Assembly: GCA_965203905.1 (NCBI GenBank)
Contig: CBDBDQ010000005.1
Span: 160,001 to 224,000 of the forward strand
Source: Spirochaetia bacterium
GTDB lineage: Bacteria; Spirochaetota; Spirochaetia; SZUA-6; Bin103
Direction of reading: 5' to 3'
Length of the DNA: 64,000 bases
A model generated the notes under the pieces. The model made no database searches. It worked only from the letters and a program-made list of their open reading frames with translations, and was not told the DNA's origin. How positions within the stretch are numbered: the stretch's first letter is position 1; each line of letters starts with the position of its first letter. Positions 9,202 through 19,219 of this stretch are shown here, piece after piece. A program made the position numbers and the translations under genes.

Positions 9202-11027
9202 CGGCCGCCCCTCCCGAGAGCCGACATCTGGCGCCGGTTGAGCGCGGCATAGTGGCCGTCCCGGGCCATGAGGTCGTCGTGCCTGCCGCGCTCCACCACG
9301 CGCCCGTCGTCGATGACGAAGATCACGTCGGCGTTGCGGATGGTAGCCAGCCGATGGGCGATGATGATGGCCGTTCGCCCCGCCAGCAACCGCTGCAGGG
9401 CGCGTTGAATGATCGACTCGGTGATCGAGTCGACACTGGAGGTAGCCTCGTCCATGATCAGGATGCGCGGGTCGGCCAGCACCGCGCGCGCCACCGAGAT
9501 GAGCTGGCGTTGCCCCACCGAGAGATTGCGACCGAACTCGGTCACCACCGTATCGAACCCCAGTGGCATGGCTGCCACGAACCGGTCCAGGCCCACGGCG
9601 GCGCTCGCCGATGCCACCGCGGCCGCGTCGGCATCGGGACGCCCGAAGGCGATATTGTCGCGGATGGTGCCGGCAAACAGGAACGGCTCCTGCGGCACCA
9701 ATGCCAGATGGCGCCGCAGGTTCTCCTGCGCCAGGTCGCGCACATCGTGGCCGTCGAGCAGAACCGCACCGCCAGTGACCTCGTAGAAGCGGGAGATGAG
9801 GCTGACGATGGTGGTCTTGCCGGCTCCCGTGGGACCGACCAGGGCGGCGGTCTGACCCGCCTCGATCACCAGGTCGACGTCATGCAGCACCGGCGCGCCG
9901 GGGTGGTAGGCGAAGTCGACGCCGCGCAACTCCACCCGCCCCGTGAGCCATGGCTGCCAGGGCTCCGGTCCCGCCGCGGCGCCGCGGCGGTCGCGCACCG
10001 CCGGTCTGGTGTCCAGCAGCCGCATCACGTTCTCGGCGCCGGCCATGGCCGACTGCATGGTGGCGTAAAGCTGGCTGAGTTCCTGAATCGGCTGAAAGAA
10101 TCGGCTCACGTAGGCCAGGAACGCCACCACTACGCCCAGCGTCAGGGTGCCGCGAGCCACTGCCAGCCCGCCGACCAGCAGAATCGCGCCGGTGGCAACC
10201 ATCGCCAGCAACTCCACGCTGGGCATGAAGGTGAAGGTCAACGAGGCGGCCGCGATGTGGCTGTCGCGATTGGCCTCGTTCACCTCGCTGAACCGGCGGC
10301 GGGCGATGCGCTGCTGGCCGAACGCCTGAATCACGCCCATCCCGGCGATAGCCTCGGCCAGGTTGCCCACGACGCCGGCTACGCGCTCCCGCGTGATGCG
10401 GAATGCCCGCCGCGCCCGCAACGAGAACACCCACGTCGCCAGCAGCATCAACGGCACTACGGCAAAGGTCACCAGCGCCAGCTCCACGTCGAAGGTCAGC
10501 ATCGCCACCACGATGCCGGCCAGCAGCAGCGTGTCCCCGGCGATCGCTACCAGTCCCTGCGACAGTGCTTCGTTGATCACCGCCACGTCCCCGATCACGT
10601 GGGAAATGGTGACGCCGATGATGTGGCGGTCGTGATAGCTCACCGACAGCCGCTGCAGATGGCGGTGCAACTCCGCACGCAGGGTGGCGAGCACCCGCTG
10701 GCCGACCCAGGAAAGCAGGTAGCGCTGCAACGCGGACAGCCCGTAGATACCGACGAACGCCGCTCCGAGCGCCGCCGTGATTGCCATCAGCCCCAGCACG
10801 TCGCCATTGGCGATGGGACCGTCGATGGCGACCTTTATCAGCAGCGGTGCCAGCAGGCTGAGGCCGGTGGTGCCGATCATGCAGCCGAATGCGGCCGCCA
10901 TGCGCAGCGTGTGCGGCCGCAGATAGCGCACCAGACGCAACAGCGCACCCGCGGAGCCGCCCTCGCGCACCGCTCCGAACGACCGCAGCAGGGAGTTGGG
11001 ACCGCCTCCGCCGAACATCGAGCTCAC
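9198..11027 (-). CDS. ABC exporter, fused permease/ATPase (subunit of a probable heterodimer)
   Basis: N-terminal TM domain, GPTGAGKTT, LSVGQRQ, ILIMDEATSSVD, IAHRL. Confidence 0.93.
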   Translation of the reverse strand: MSSMFGGGGPNSLLRSFGAVREGGSAGALLRLVRYLRPHTLRMAAAFGCMIGTTGLSLLAPLLIKVAIDGPIANGDVLGLMAITAALGAAFVGIYGLSALQRYLLSWVGQRVLATLRAELHRHLQRLSVSYHDRHIIGVTISHVIGDVAVINEALSQGLVAIAGDTLLLAGIVVAMLTFDVELALVTFAVVPLMLLATWVFSLRARRAFRITRERVAGVVGNLAEAIAGMGVIQAFGQQRIARRRFSEVNEANRDSHIAAASLTFTFMPSVELLAMVATGAILLVGGLAVARGTLTLGVVVAFLAYVSRFFQPIQELSQLYATMQSAMAGAENVMRLLDTRPAVRDRRGAAAGPEPWQPWLTGRVELRGVDFAYHPGAPVLHDVDLVIEAGQTAALVGPTGAGKTTIVSLISRFYEVTGGAVLLDGHDVRDLAQENLRRHLALVPQEPFLFAGTIRDNIAFGRPDADAAAVASASAAVGLDRFVAAMPLGFDTVVTEFGRNLSVGQRQLISVARAVLADPRILIMDEATSSVDSITESIIQRALQRLLAGRTAIIIAHRLATIRNADVIFVIDDGRVVERGRHDDLMARDGHYAALNRRQMSALGRGGR

Positions 11028-12877
11028 GCCGTGCCACCCTCCGCGCTACCCGCCGACTCGCGCTGCATCTGCTCCCGGCAGATTGCGCGGTAAGTGGGCG
11101 AGGCCTCCATCAGTTCCGCGTGCCGCCCGCGTGCCGTGATGCGGCCCTCGTCCAGCACCACCACCACGTCCGCCAGCTCCAGGGTGCTCAGCCGCTGTGC
11201 GATCACGTAGGAAGTGCGTCCCGCCAGCAGTCGCCGCAGCGCTTCGTGTATCAGCTCCTCGGTGTGGGCGTCCACGCTGGAGGTGGCGTCGTCCAGGATC
11301 AGGACCCGCGGATCGACCAGCAAGGCGCGGGCGATGGCGATGCGCTGCCGTTGTCCCCCGGACAGGGTCACGCCGCGCTCGCCGACCATCGTGTCGTAGC
11401 CTTCTTCCAGCTTCCTGACGAAGTCGTGGATGCACGCCGCCCGCGCCGCCTCGTGCACCTCCGCGTCGGTGGCTTGCGGGCGCCCGAAGGCGATGTTGTC
11501 GCGGATGCTGGCCGCGAACAGCACCGGATCCTGCATCACCACGCCGACCTGGGAACGCAGCGACGCGAGGGTCACCTCGCGCAGGTCGTGGCCGTCGATG
11601 CTCACGCTGCCCGCGTCCGGATCGTAGAGGCGCAGCACCAGCCCGGCCAGCGTGGTCTTGCCGGAGCCGGTAGCTCCCAGCAGCGCCACCGTGGTGCCGG
11701 CGCGCACCTCCAGGTCCACGTCCCGCAGAGCCCAGCCGCCATCGCCGCCGTCCACGCCGTCTGCGTGAGCAGCGTCACCCATGCCGTTGCCGGCATAACG
11801 GTAGGACACGCCCGCCATCCTTACCGTGCCGCGAATCGGCGGCAGCGCGGGCGCGTCCGGGCGCTCCTCCACCCCGTCGGGGGCATCGAGCACCGCGGCG
11901 ATGCGCTCGCCCGAGGCCGCCGCCATGGCCAGCATGGGGATCACCAGGCCCACCCGGCGAATCGGCGCGAAGAGCTGGGTCAGGTAGGTGGTGAACGCCA
12001 CCAGCTCGCCGATGGTGAGGCTGCCGTTGATGGTGAACACGCCGCCGGCGCCGACCACCAGCACCAGGCCGAAGTTGGCGATCAGGTCGAGCAGCGGCGA
12101 ATTCACCGCGGTCAGACGCGCGTTCTGTGCGGCAATGTCGAACCAGGCATCGTTCTCGGTACGGAAGCGCTCGATCTCGTTCCGCTCCTGGGCGAACGCC
12201 TTGACCAGCCTCACGCCACGCAGGTTCTGCTCCAGCAACGAGGTGAGGACACCGAGCTGGTGCTGCAGGCGCGAGGCCAGGGGCCGCTGGCGGCGGCCGT
12301 ACTGGTAGCCGCGAACGACCAGCAGCGGCATGGTCGCCAGCGCCAGCACGCCGAGCAGCGGGTTCATGGCGATCAGCACCGCCAGGGTGGCCAGGAACAG
12401 CACCGCCGCGTCCACCACCCGCAGCACCGCCCGCCCGGTGAGAAAGCGGATGCGCTCCACGTCCTGCACCGCGCGCTGCAGGAGCTGGCCCGACTCCATG
12501 CGGCTGATCAGCGACACCGACATGGCGGTGAAGCGGGTGAACATCTCCTGGCGCAGGGTGGCGGCCACTCCTTGCGAGACCATCTCGGTCCAGCGGCCCA
12601 TGAGGAATGCCAGCACGGCTCGCAACAGGGCCAGCAACAGGAGGATCCCGACCGCGCGCCAGACCACCTGCAGGTCCTGCCTGGCGATGCCGTGGTCGAC
12701 GATCCAGCGCACCAGTTGCGGAATGGCGGTGAGGGTGGCGGTACCGAGGAGCATCACCGTGTAGATGGCGGTCACCCGACGCCAGCGCGGCGCCAGGTAG
12801 GCCAGAAACCGACGGTTGATACGGAACGCGGAGAGCTGGGTGTGGCCGGTCGCGGGCGGAGCAGCGTTGTTGGGCAC
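11024..12877 (-). CDS. ABC exporter, fused permease/ATPase (subunit of a probable heterodimer)
   Basis: TM domain, GATGSGKTT, LSGGQRQRIAIARA, degenerate Walker B ILDDATSSVD and IAQRL switch, typical of heterodimeric exporters. Confidence 0.93.
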   Translation of the reverse strand: MPNNAAPPATGHTQLSAFRINRRFLAYLAPRWRRVTAIYTVMLLGTATLTAIPQLVRWIVDHGIARQDLQVVWRAVGILLLLALLRAVLAFLMGRWTEMVSQGVAATLRQEMFTRFTAMSVSLISRMESGQLLQRAVQDVERIRFLTGRAVLRVVDAAVLFLATLAVLIAMNPLLGVLALATMPLLVVRGYQYGRRQRPLASRLQHQLGVLTSLLEQNLRGVRLVKAFAQERNEIERFRTENDAWFDIAAQNARLTAVNSPLLDLIANFGLVLVVGAGGVFTINGSLTIGELVAFTTYLTQLFAPIRRVGLVIPMLAMAAASGERIAAVLDAPDGVEERPDAPALPPIRGTVRMAGVSYRYAGNGMGDAAHADGVDGGDGGWALRDVDLEVRAGTTVALLGATGSGKTTLAGLVLRLYDPDAGSVSIDGHDLREVTLASLRSQVGVVMQDPVLFAASIRDNIAFGRPQATDAEVHEAARAACIHDFVRKLEEGYDTMVGERGVTLSGGQRQRIAIARALLVDPRVLILDDATSSVDAHTEELIHEALRRLLAGRTSYVIAQRLSTLELADVVVVLDEGRITARGRHAELMEASPTYRAICREQMQRESAGSAEGGTA

Positions 12878-12915
12878 AGACGTAGGCAGCGGCGGCGGCG
12901 TATGATCCGTCCGTC

Positions 12916-14835
12916 ATGGACAGTGTCTCATCCTTGCGCCAGACCCCGCAAGGGCAAGCCGCCGCGCCGTTGCGGTCGGTGAGCCTGGGCGCCGGCGTGG
13001 AGCAACGCATCGCGGCGTTCGTGGAGGGCAGCGCGCGCCGGCTGGAGCTGCCGGCGGAGGCCGCCGCGTGGCAGGAGCAGGCGGCCGCCCTGCGTGTGCG
13101 CTGCCGCGAGCTGCTGCTGCGCGGCCATCCCACCGGCGTGCTGGAGGAGCGCCCCCAGGTGGTGTGGGGAGAGACCCTGCAGCCGGCGCCCGAGTATCGC
13201 ATCCGCAAGCTGCGCTTCGAGGGCTATCCCGGGGTGTGGGTGCCGGCGCTCTGGTACGAGCCGGCCGCCGCCTCCGGACAGGACCCCGTCCCGGCGGTGC
13301 TGAACTCCAACGGCCACCACGCCGGCGGGGTGGCGATGGACTACAAGCAGGCGCGCTGCATCAACCTGGCCAAGCGCGGCATGCTGGCGCTGAGCTTCGA
13401 GTTCCTGGGAATGGGAGAGACCGCGAGCCTGGGAGCCCACAACCAGCAACTGCTGCTCGACCTGCTCGGCCAGTGCGGCGCGGGCGTGTTCCTGGTGGTG
13501 ATGAAGCGCGCCCTGGACCTGCTGCTGGAGCACCCGGCGACGGACCCGGAACGGACCGCGATGACCGGTCTCTCCGGCGGCGGCTGGCAGACCGTGCTGC
13601 TGGCAGCGCTGGACCAGCGGGTGCGGGTGGTGGTGCCGGTGGCCGGGCACATGCCGGCCTGGGCGCGGCGCGACCTGCCGGACGTGGGGGACGCCGAACA
13701 ACTGCCCGCCGACCTGTGCACCGTGGCGGATTACGACACCCTGTCCGCCCTGCTCGCCCCGCGCCCGACCCTGTTCATCTTCAATCGCTACGACGACTGC
13801 TGCTTCCAGCCGCACAAGTCGGTCGCCGGCACCTACGAGCCGGCACGGGCCGCGTTCACCCTGCTCGGGGCGGCCGACGCCTGCGCCCTGCACGTGTGCG
13901 AGGAGCCCGCCCACAACTACGGCCCCGACAACCGGTCGCAGCTCTACCGGTGGCTGAACCGCCACTTCGGACTGCGCACCCCGGCCGCCGACCTGCCGTG
14001 GGAGCAGGAGGTGCTGAGCGAGGCGGAGTTGGCGGTGGGACTGCCGCCGGCCCGCCCCTCGTTCGCCACCATGGCCGGCGCGCTGCTGGAACAGCTCCGC
14101 CACCGAGAGGCGGCGGCCCCGCGCGCGCCCGACCGCGCCGCGGTGGCGCGGGTGCTGCGCTACCGGGAGAGCGCGGTCTCCGCGGTCACGGTGCTCACGA
14201 GCCGGGTCTACGACGGTGCCGTGCTGGCCGAGGAACTGCTGCTGGAGATGGACCGGCGCTGGCCGCTGCCGGCCGTCCTGGTGCGGCCCGAGGCGCCTGT
14301 CGGAGCCGCGCTGGTGGTGGGCGACGGCGCGCATCCGGCGCCGGCCGAGCTGACCTCGCGGGCCGCCGGGCTCGCCCACACGGTGCTGGCGGTGGACCTG
14401 CTGGGCTGCGGTGCGCTGCGTCCCGAGCCCCGCTCCACGCTGCTGCTGGGCACCGTGGGGCGGCCGCTGCTGGGGATGCAGGTGGCTCAGATTCTGGCGC
14501 TGGCGCGGTGGCTGCGCGAAGTCGCCGGCGACCGACCGCTGCACGTGCAGGCCGGCGGCCGCGCGCCCGGCGTGGCGGCGCTGCTCGCGGCCGCGCATAC
14601 GCCGGCGGCGTTCGCCGCAGTGGAGACGCCCGCCCTGCCGCGTTCGCTCGACACGCTGGTCGAGTTGCCCGTGGCGTTCGAGAGCGCCGACACGGCGCTG
14701 TTCTGCTTCGGGCTGCGCGCCACGCTCGACCTCGACGACCTGCAGCGACTGGCCACCGGGGTGATCGTACTGGCGCACCATCGCGGGCGGCTCTGGAGAC
14801 ACCCTTACCTTCAGCTTCGGCGCCCAGGGGTGTAG
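12916..14835 (+). CDS. Two-domain alpha/beta hydrolase (acetyl xylan esterase / dienelactone hydrolase-like)
   Basis: PAVLNSNGH, nucleophile elbow MTGLSGGGWQT, LAPRPTL, HNY; second degenerate hydrolase-like half. Confidence 0.72.
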   Translation: MDSVSSLRQTPQGQAAAPLRSVSLGAGVEQRIAAFVEGSARRLELPAEAAAWQEQAAALRVRCRELLLRGHPTGVLEERPQVVWGETLQPAPEYRIRKLRFEGYPGVWVPALWYEPAAASGQDPVPAVLNSNGHHAGGVAMDYKQARCINLAKRGMLALSFEFLGMGETASLGAHNQQLLLDLLGQCGAGVFLVVMKRALDLLLEHPATDPERTAMTGLSGGGWQTVLLAALDQRVRVVVPVAGHMPAWARRDLPDVGDAEQLPADLCTVADYDTLSALLAPRPTLFIFNRYDDCCFQPHKSVAGTYEPARAAFTLLGAADACALHVCEEPAHNYGPDNRSQLYRWLNRHFGLRTPAADLPWEQEVLSEAELAVGLPPARPSFATMAGALLEQLRHREAAAPRAPDRAAVARVLRYRESAVSAVTVLTSRVYDGAVLAEELLLEMDRRWPLPAVLVRPEAPVGAALVVGDGAHPAPAELTSRAAGLAHTVLAVDLLGCGALRPEPRSTLLLGTVGRPLLGMQVAQILALARWLREVAGDRPLHVQAGGRAPGVAALLAAAHTPAAFAAVETPALPRSLDTLVELPVAFESADTALFCFGLRATLDLDDLQRLATGVIVLAHHRGRLWRHPYLQLRRPGV

Positions 14836-14838
14836 CGC

Positions 14839-15762
14839 ATGCTCCGCAACCACGGTAGCGTCGCGGCAGCGTTACCCGACCGCATCACGGCCTCCATGGC
14901 CGCGGAGCTGGTGCCGTTGCGCGGGCATGGCATAACGGTACCCGGCCCCGGCGGTCCGCTGATGGTCTACCGCTCCGGCATGGGCGCTCCCGTGCTGCTG
15001 GTGCACGGCCTCACCGCGAGCGCGCTGCAATGGCACCCGGTGGTGCCGGTGCTGGCACGCCGCTACGAGGTGATCGCCGTCGATGCCCGCGGTCACGGTC
15101 GCAGCGCGCTGGCAGGCCCGGCCGCCGACCGGCTCGGCTATGCGGCCCGTCATCACGCGGCCGACCTGGTCGCGGTGCTGGACCGGCTCGGCATTGCGCG
15201 TGCAGCCCTGGTGGGGCAGTCGATGGGCGCCGAGAACGTCGCCTGCTGCGCCGCGCGCTATCCGGAACGGGTTGCCTGCGTAGTGCTCGAAGATCCGCCC
15301 TGGTGGCCCCTGCCGCAGGCCCCGCTCAGCGCGCGCCGCGCCATGCGCCACGAGTGGCACGCGCAGTTGCTGGCGGAGCAGCGGCTGCCCGACGCGGAGC
15401 TGCGGGCGCAGCGCGCCGGCCCCGATCCCGGCCTCCCGCCGGCGCTGGCCGAGGAGGCGCTGGCGGACCGCCGCCGGCTCACGCCGGCGGTGCTGGAGTG
15501 GCTGGTCGAGCGGGAACACTGGAGCCGTTTCGTACCCGAGCTGGTCGCCCCCACGCTGCTGCTGACCGGCGATCTGGACCAGGGCGCGATCGTCAGCCCG
15601 CTGGTGGCGCGGCAGGTGCAGGCGCGCCACGCCATGGCTGGAAGCGGGTGCCAGGTCCGAGTGCGCCACGTGGCGGGGGCCGGGCACGGTATCCACGACG
15701 GGCGGCCGCGGGAGTTTCTCGCCGCCGTGCTGCCCTTTCTGGCCGCCCACGCCGGCTGCTGA
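14839..15762 (+). CDS. Alpha/beta fold hydrolase
   Basis: LLVHGLT, DARGHGRS, GQSMG nucleophile, LLLTGD, GAGHGIH. Confidence 0.88.
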   Translation: MLRNHGSVAAALPDRITASMAAELVPLRGHGITVPGPGGPLMVYRSGMGAPVLLVHGLTASALQWHPVVPVLARRYEVIAVDARGHGRSALAGPAADRLGYAARHHAADLVAVLDRLGIARAALVGQSMGAENVACCAARYPERVACVVLEDPPWWPLPQAPLSARRAMRHEWHAQLLAEQRLPDAELRAQRAGPDPGLPPALAEEALADRRRLTPAVLEWLVEREHWSRFVPELVAPTLLLTGDLDQGAIVSPLVARQVQARHAMAGSGCQVRVRHVAGAGHGIHDGRPREFLAAVLPFLAAHAGC

Positions 15763-15770
15763 GCACGCCC

Positions 15771-17027
15771 GTGGAACAGTGGCGCAGGAACCTCTACCTG
15801 GCCTGGCTGGCGCAGATCCTGACCCTCAGCGGCTTCGGCTTCATCCTGCCGTTCATCCCGCTGTTCATTCGCGAGCTGGGGGTGACCGAGCCGTCATCGC
15901 TCAAGCTGTGGGCGGGCCTCACGGCCGGGGCGCCCGGCCTGGTGATGGCCGTGGCGGCCCCGTTCTGGGGGATGGTGTCCGACCGCTTCGGGCGCAAGGT
16001 GATGATCGTGCGGGCCCTGGCCTCGTCCATGATCATCGCGGTAGCCCTGGGCTTCGCACCGACGGTGCAGGTGGTGTTTGCGCTGCGGGCGCTGCAGGGA
16101 CTGTTCAGCGGCTCGGTGACCGCCGCGGCGACGCTGGTGGCGGTCGGCACGCCGCGCGTGCATCTGACCCGGGCCCTGGGGCTGATGGGCTCTTCGACCT
16201 TCATCGGCTCCAGTCTGGGGCCGCTGGTGGGCGGGGTTTCCGCCGACCTGTTCGGATTCCGGTTCTCGTTCTTCGTGGGAGCCGGGCTGATAGCCGTGGG
16301 ACTGGTGCTGGTGGTGCTGTTCCTGCAGGAGCCGGGCGGAGAGCCCTCCGCACGGCGCCGCCTGGCCGCGCGGCCCCCACGCGCCGGCCGGCCGCCGGTC
16401 CGCGAGCTGCTCAGCCTGCCCTTCCTGCTGCTGTTCGCGGTGATATTCCTGCTGCGCTTCGCCCGCGCCCAGCCGACGGCGTTCATTCCCCTCTACGTCG
16501 CCGAGCTGCGCGCCGGGAGTCTCGGCGCTGCGGTGGCGGGCGACGCCGCCATCACGGGCCTGATCATGGCCGGCTCCGCCGCCGTGGCCGCCGCCGCCGG
16601 CATCACCCTGGCGCGGCTGGGGGACCGCTTCAACAAGCTGTGGCTGATCGCCGTCAGCTCCGGGCTAGGGGCACTGGTGGCGCTGCCTACCTTCTTCGCC
16701 CCCAACCTGGCGCTGTTCGCGCTGTTCTTCATCGCGAGCGGGTTCGTCCTGGGCAGCGTGCAGCCGTTCGTGCAGTCGTACCTGTCGGTGCACAGCGCGC
16801 GGGCGCGGCACGGGATGCTGTTCGGACTGCAGAACATGGTCGGCGGACTCGGTTTCGGCCTCGGACCGCTGGCGGCAAGCTGGACTTCGATTCTCACCAG
16901 TACCCGGCATGTGTTCCTGTCGTATACCCTGTCATTTGCAGGCATCACGCTGTTGATGCTGGCAGCGCGGCTGCTCGGCCGGCGCTTCACTCGCGCACTG
17001 CCGCGGCCGCCACAAGGAGAAACCTGA
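15771..17027 (+). CDS. MFS transporter (MdtG/DHA1-like)
   Basis: GTG 15771; WRRNLYLAWLAQ, APFWGMVSDRFGRKVM, LRALQGLFSG; about 12 hydrophobic segments. Confidence 0.9.
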   Translation: MEQWRRNLYLAWLAQILTLSGFGFILPFIPLFIRELGVTEPSSLKLWAGLTAGAPGLVMAVAAPFWGMVSDRFGRKVMIVRALASSMIIAVALGFAPTVQVVFALRALQGLFSGSVTAAATLVAVGTPRVHLTRALGLMGSSTFIGSSLGPLVGGVSADLFGFRFSFFVGAGLIAVGLVLVVLFLQEPGGEPSARRRLAARPPRAGRPPVRELLSLPFLLLFAVIFLLRFARAQPTAFIPLYVAELRAGSLGAAVAGDAAITGLIMAGSAAVAAAAGITLARLGDRFNKLWLIAVSSGLGALVALPTFFAPNLALFALFFIASGFVLGSVQPFVQSYLSVHSARARHGMLFGLQNMVGGLGFGLGPLAASWTSILTSTRHVFLSYTLSFAGITLLMLAARLLGRRFTRALPRPPQGET

Positions 17028-18166
17028 TGCAGATCACCGCCGTCGAGACGCTGTTGGTGGATCGCTACCTGTTCGTGCAGGTCCATACCGACGCCGGCAT
17101 CACCGGCCTCGGCGAGTCAGGCGCGTGGGGCTTCCTGGAGGCGTCGGCCGCGGCCGTAGAGACCTTCGCCCGGTACCTGGTCGGCCAGGACCCGCTCCGC
17201 ATCGAGCACCACTGGCAGTACCTGTACCGCTGGTCGCACTTCCGCGGAGCCGCCATCATGGGCGCGCTCAGCGCCGTCGACATCGCCCTGTGGGATATTG
17301 CCGGCAAGCACTTCGGGGTACCGGTGTACCAACTCCTCGGCGGCAAGTGCCGCGACCGGGCACGGGTCTACTACCACGTGAACGGGGGCACCAAGGAGGA
17401 GTTGATCCAGGGCTGCATCGACGCCCACGCGCGCGGCTTCACCGCCGTCGGCCACCTGACGCCGTTTCTGGACGAGCCGCCCGATCGCCCCTACTTCAAG
17501 ACCCACGCCGACAAGATGGCGGATGCCATCGACACGGTGCGCCGCTATCGAGAGGCGGTGGGCAACGACGTGGACCTGTGCATCGAGATCCACCGCCGCC
17601 TGACCCCGGCCGAGGCGGTGGTGCTGGGCCGTGGCATCGAGCCCTACCATCCCTTCTTCTACGAGGATCCGATTCTGCCCGACAACCTCGACGAGATGGC
17701 CCTGGTAGCGGAACGGATTCACGTACCCATCGCCACCGGTGAGCGGCTGCACAGCATCTGGGAATACCAGGCGCTGTTGCAGCGCGGTGCCGTGCAGTAC
17801 GTGCGGCCCGACGTGTGCATGGTCGGGGGCATCTCACACGCCAGGAAGATCGCGGCCCTGGCAGAGGCGTTTCACGTGCAGGTGGTGCCGCACAATCCGT
17901 TGAGCCCGGTGAGCACCGCGGCCTGCATCCAGCTCGCCGCCGCCATTCCCAACTTCGCCCTGCAGGAGCTTCCGGTCGGCGAGGAGGTCCCCCCGAAGCG
18001 CACCATCGTCGACCGGCCGCTGGCGGTGGACGCGGGATTTCTGCTCTTGCCGGATCGTCCGGGCATCGGCATCGAGCTGGCGCCGGACGCGTGCGAGCGG
18101 CATCCCTACCGGCCGCGTGCGGTGGAGACGCGCCTGCAGAGCGACGGCTCGGTGATGGATCAGTAA
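17027..18166 (+). CDS. Mandelate racemase/enolase superfamily sugar-acid dehydratase (galactonate dehydratase-like)
   Basis: ATG 17027 after AGGAG; GITGLGE, SAVDIALWDIAGK, YEDP, PIATGERL, VRPDV, VPHNP; starts within the MFS stop codon. Confidence 0.85.
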   Translation: MQITAVETLLVDRYLFVQVHTDAGITGLGESGAWGFLEASAAAVETFARYLVGQDPLRIEHHWQYLYRWSHFRGAAIMGALSAVDIALWDIAGKHFGVPVYQLLGGKCRDRARVYYHVNGGTKEELIQGCIDAHARGFTAVGHLTPFLDEPPDRPYFKTHADKMADAIDTVRRYREAVGNDVDLCIEIHRRLTPAEAVVLGRGIEPYHPFFYEDPILPDNLDEMALVAERIHVPIATGERLHSIWEYQALLQRGAVQYVRPDVCMVGGISHARKIAALAEAFHVQVVPHNPLSPVSTAACIQLAAAIPNFALQELPVGEEVPPKRTIVDRPLAVDAGFLLLPDRPGIGIELAPDACERHPYRPRAVETRLQSDGSVMDQ

Positions 18167-18185
18167 CTCAGCGGGGTCAAGCAGC

Positions 18186-18746
18186 TTAGGCCGGCTTGGC
18201 CGGTTTGCCCTCGCCCGGCCGGAATGCCTTGACCACCTCCGGGTTCACCTCCAGGCGCGGACCGCCGATCAGGTCGACACAATAGGGGATGGCGGGGAAC
18301 ACCGCATCGAGACATTGGCGGATGGCACGCGGGCGGCCGGGCAGGTTGACGATCAGCGTGCTGCCGCGCACGCCCGCGGTCTGCCGCGACAGGATCGCGG
18401 TGGGTACGTACTGCAGGCTGACCTGGCGCATCAGCTCGCCGAATCCGGGCAGCATCTTCTGGCACGCGTCTGCGGTGGCCTCGGGCGTGACGTCGCGCAC
18501 CGCCGGGCCGGTGCCGCCGGTGGTGACGATCAGGCAGCAGCCCTTGTCCTCGGCCATCTCGATCATGGCCGCGGTGAGCTGATCGCGCTCATCGGGGATG
18601 ATCCGGTACTCGCTGCTCCACGGCGAGACCAGGTATTCGCCGAGAGCGGCTACCACCGCCTTGCCCGGCACATCCTCGTATACGCCGGCAGCGGCGCGGT
18701 CGGAAACGTTGATGATGCCGATCCGCGCCTCGGTCGCAACGCCCAT
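18186..18746 (-). CDS. mog: Molybdopterin adenylyltransferase
   Basis: VSDRAAAGVYED, TTGGTGPAVRDVTPEAT, PGFGELMRQVSL, AILSRQTAG, NLPG. Confidence 0.95.
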   Translation of the reverse strand: MGVATEARIGIINVSDRAAAGVYEDVPGKAVVAALGEYLVSPWSSEYRIIPDERDQLTAAMIEMAEDKGCCLIVTTGGTGPAVRDVTPEATADACQKMLPGFGELMRQVSLQYVPTAILSRQTAGVRGSTLIVNLPGRPRAIRQCLDAVFPAIPYCVDLIGGPRLEVNPEVVKAFRPGEGKPAKPA

Positions 18747-18985
18747 CAGGTCACGTCGCGGAGCTCCAGCCCCTCGTCGTGCAGGTACTGCATCAGCCCC
18801 TTCCTGTCCACGGTGCGCAGCGCGCGCGCGGACAGGCGCAGGGTGACGGTGCGGCCTTCCTCGGGCAGGTAGAGGCGCTTGCGCTGCAGGTTGGGCCGCT
18901 GCACGCGCCGCGTCCTGTTCTGGGCCTTGGATACATTGTTGCCGGCCATCGGCTTCTTGCCGGTGATCTTGCAGATTCGTGACAT
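18746..18985 (-). CDS. rpmB: 50S ribosomal protein L28
   Basis: From ATG 18985: MSRICKITGKKPMAGNNVSKAQNRTRRVQRPNLQ...LRLSARALRTVDRKG, 79 aa. Confidence 0.96.
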   Translation of the reverse strand: MSRICKITGKKPMAGNNVSKAQNRTRRVQRPNLQRKRLYLPEEGRTVTLRLSARALRTVDRKGLMQYLHDEGLELRDVT

Positions 18986-19219
18986 GACAGTGCTCTGTTG
19001 CGGCAATATGCTACATTCGTATGGGTCCCGCCAAGCGTTCGCTTGGGCCATGCGCGCCCCCACCACGGTGGCAGCAGCGCCAACGAGGAGCGTGTGGCGC
19101 GCTCGGCGCACGCCGCGACCCCATGCTTCGTCAGTCTGGTACACGGCACGCGGCGGCGTCGGATCTGCGCGCCATGGGGAAGGACGAGACGTCGAACCCA
19201 TATTGCTGGAGGTGCGGAG

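Noticed and set aside
15030-18166. Apparent long fusions (665-aa and 795-aa ORFs) around the MFS and dehydratase genes
   Set aside because: The extensions are off-frame readings of the upstream genes; real starts at 15771 and 17027 fit the families, the latter with an RBS
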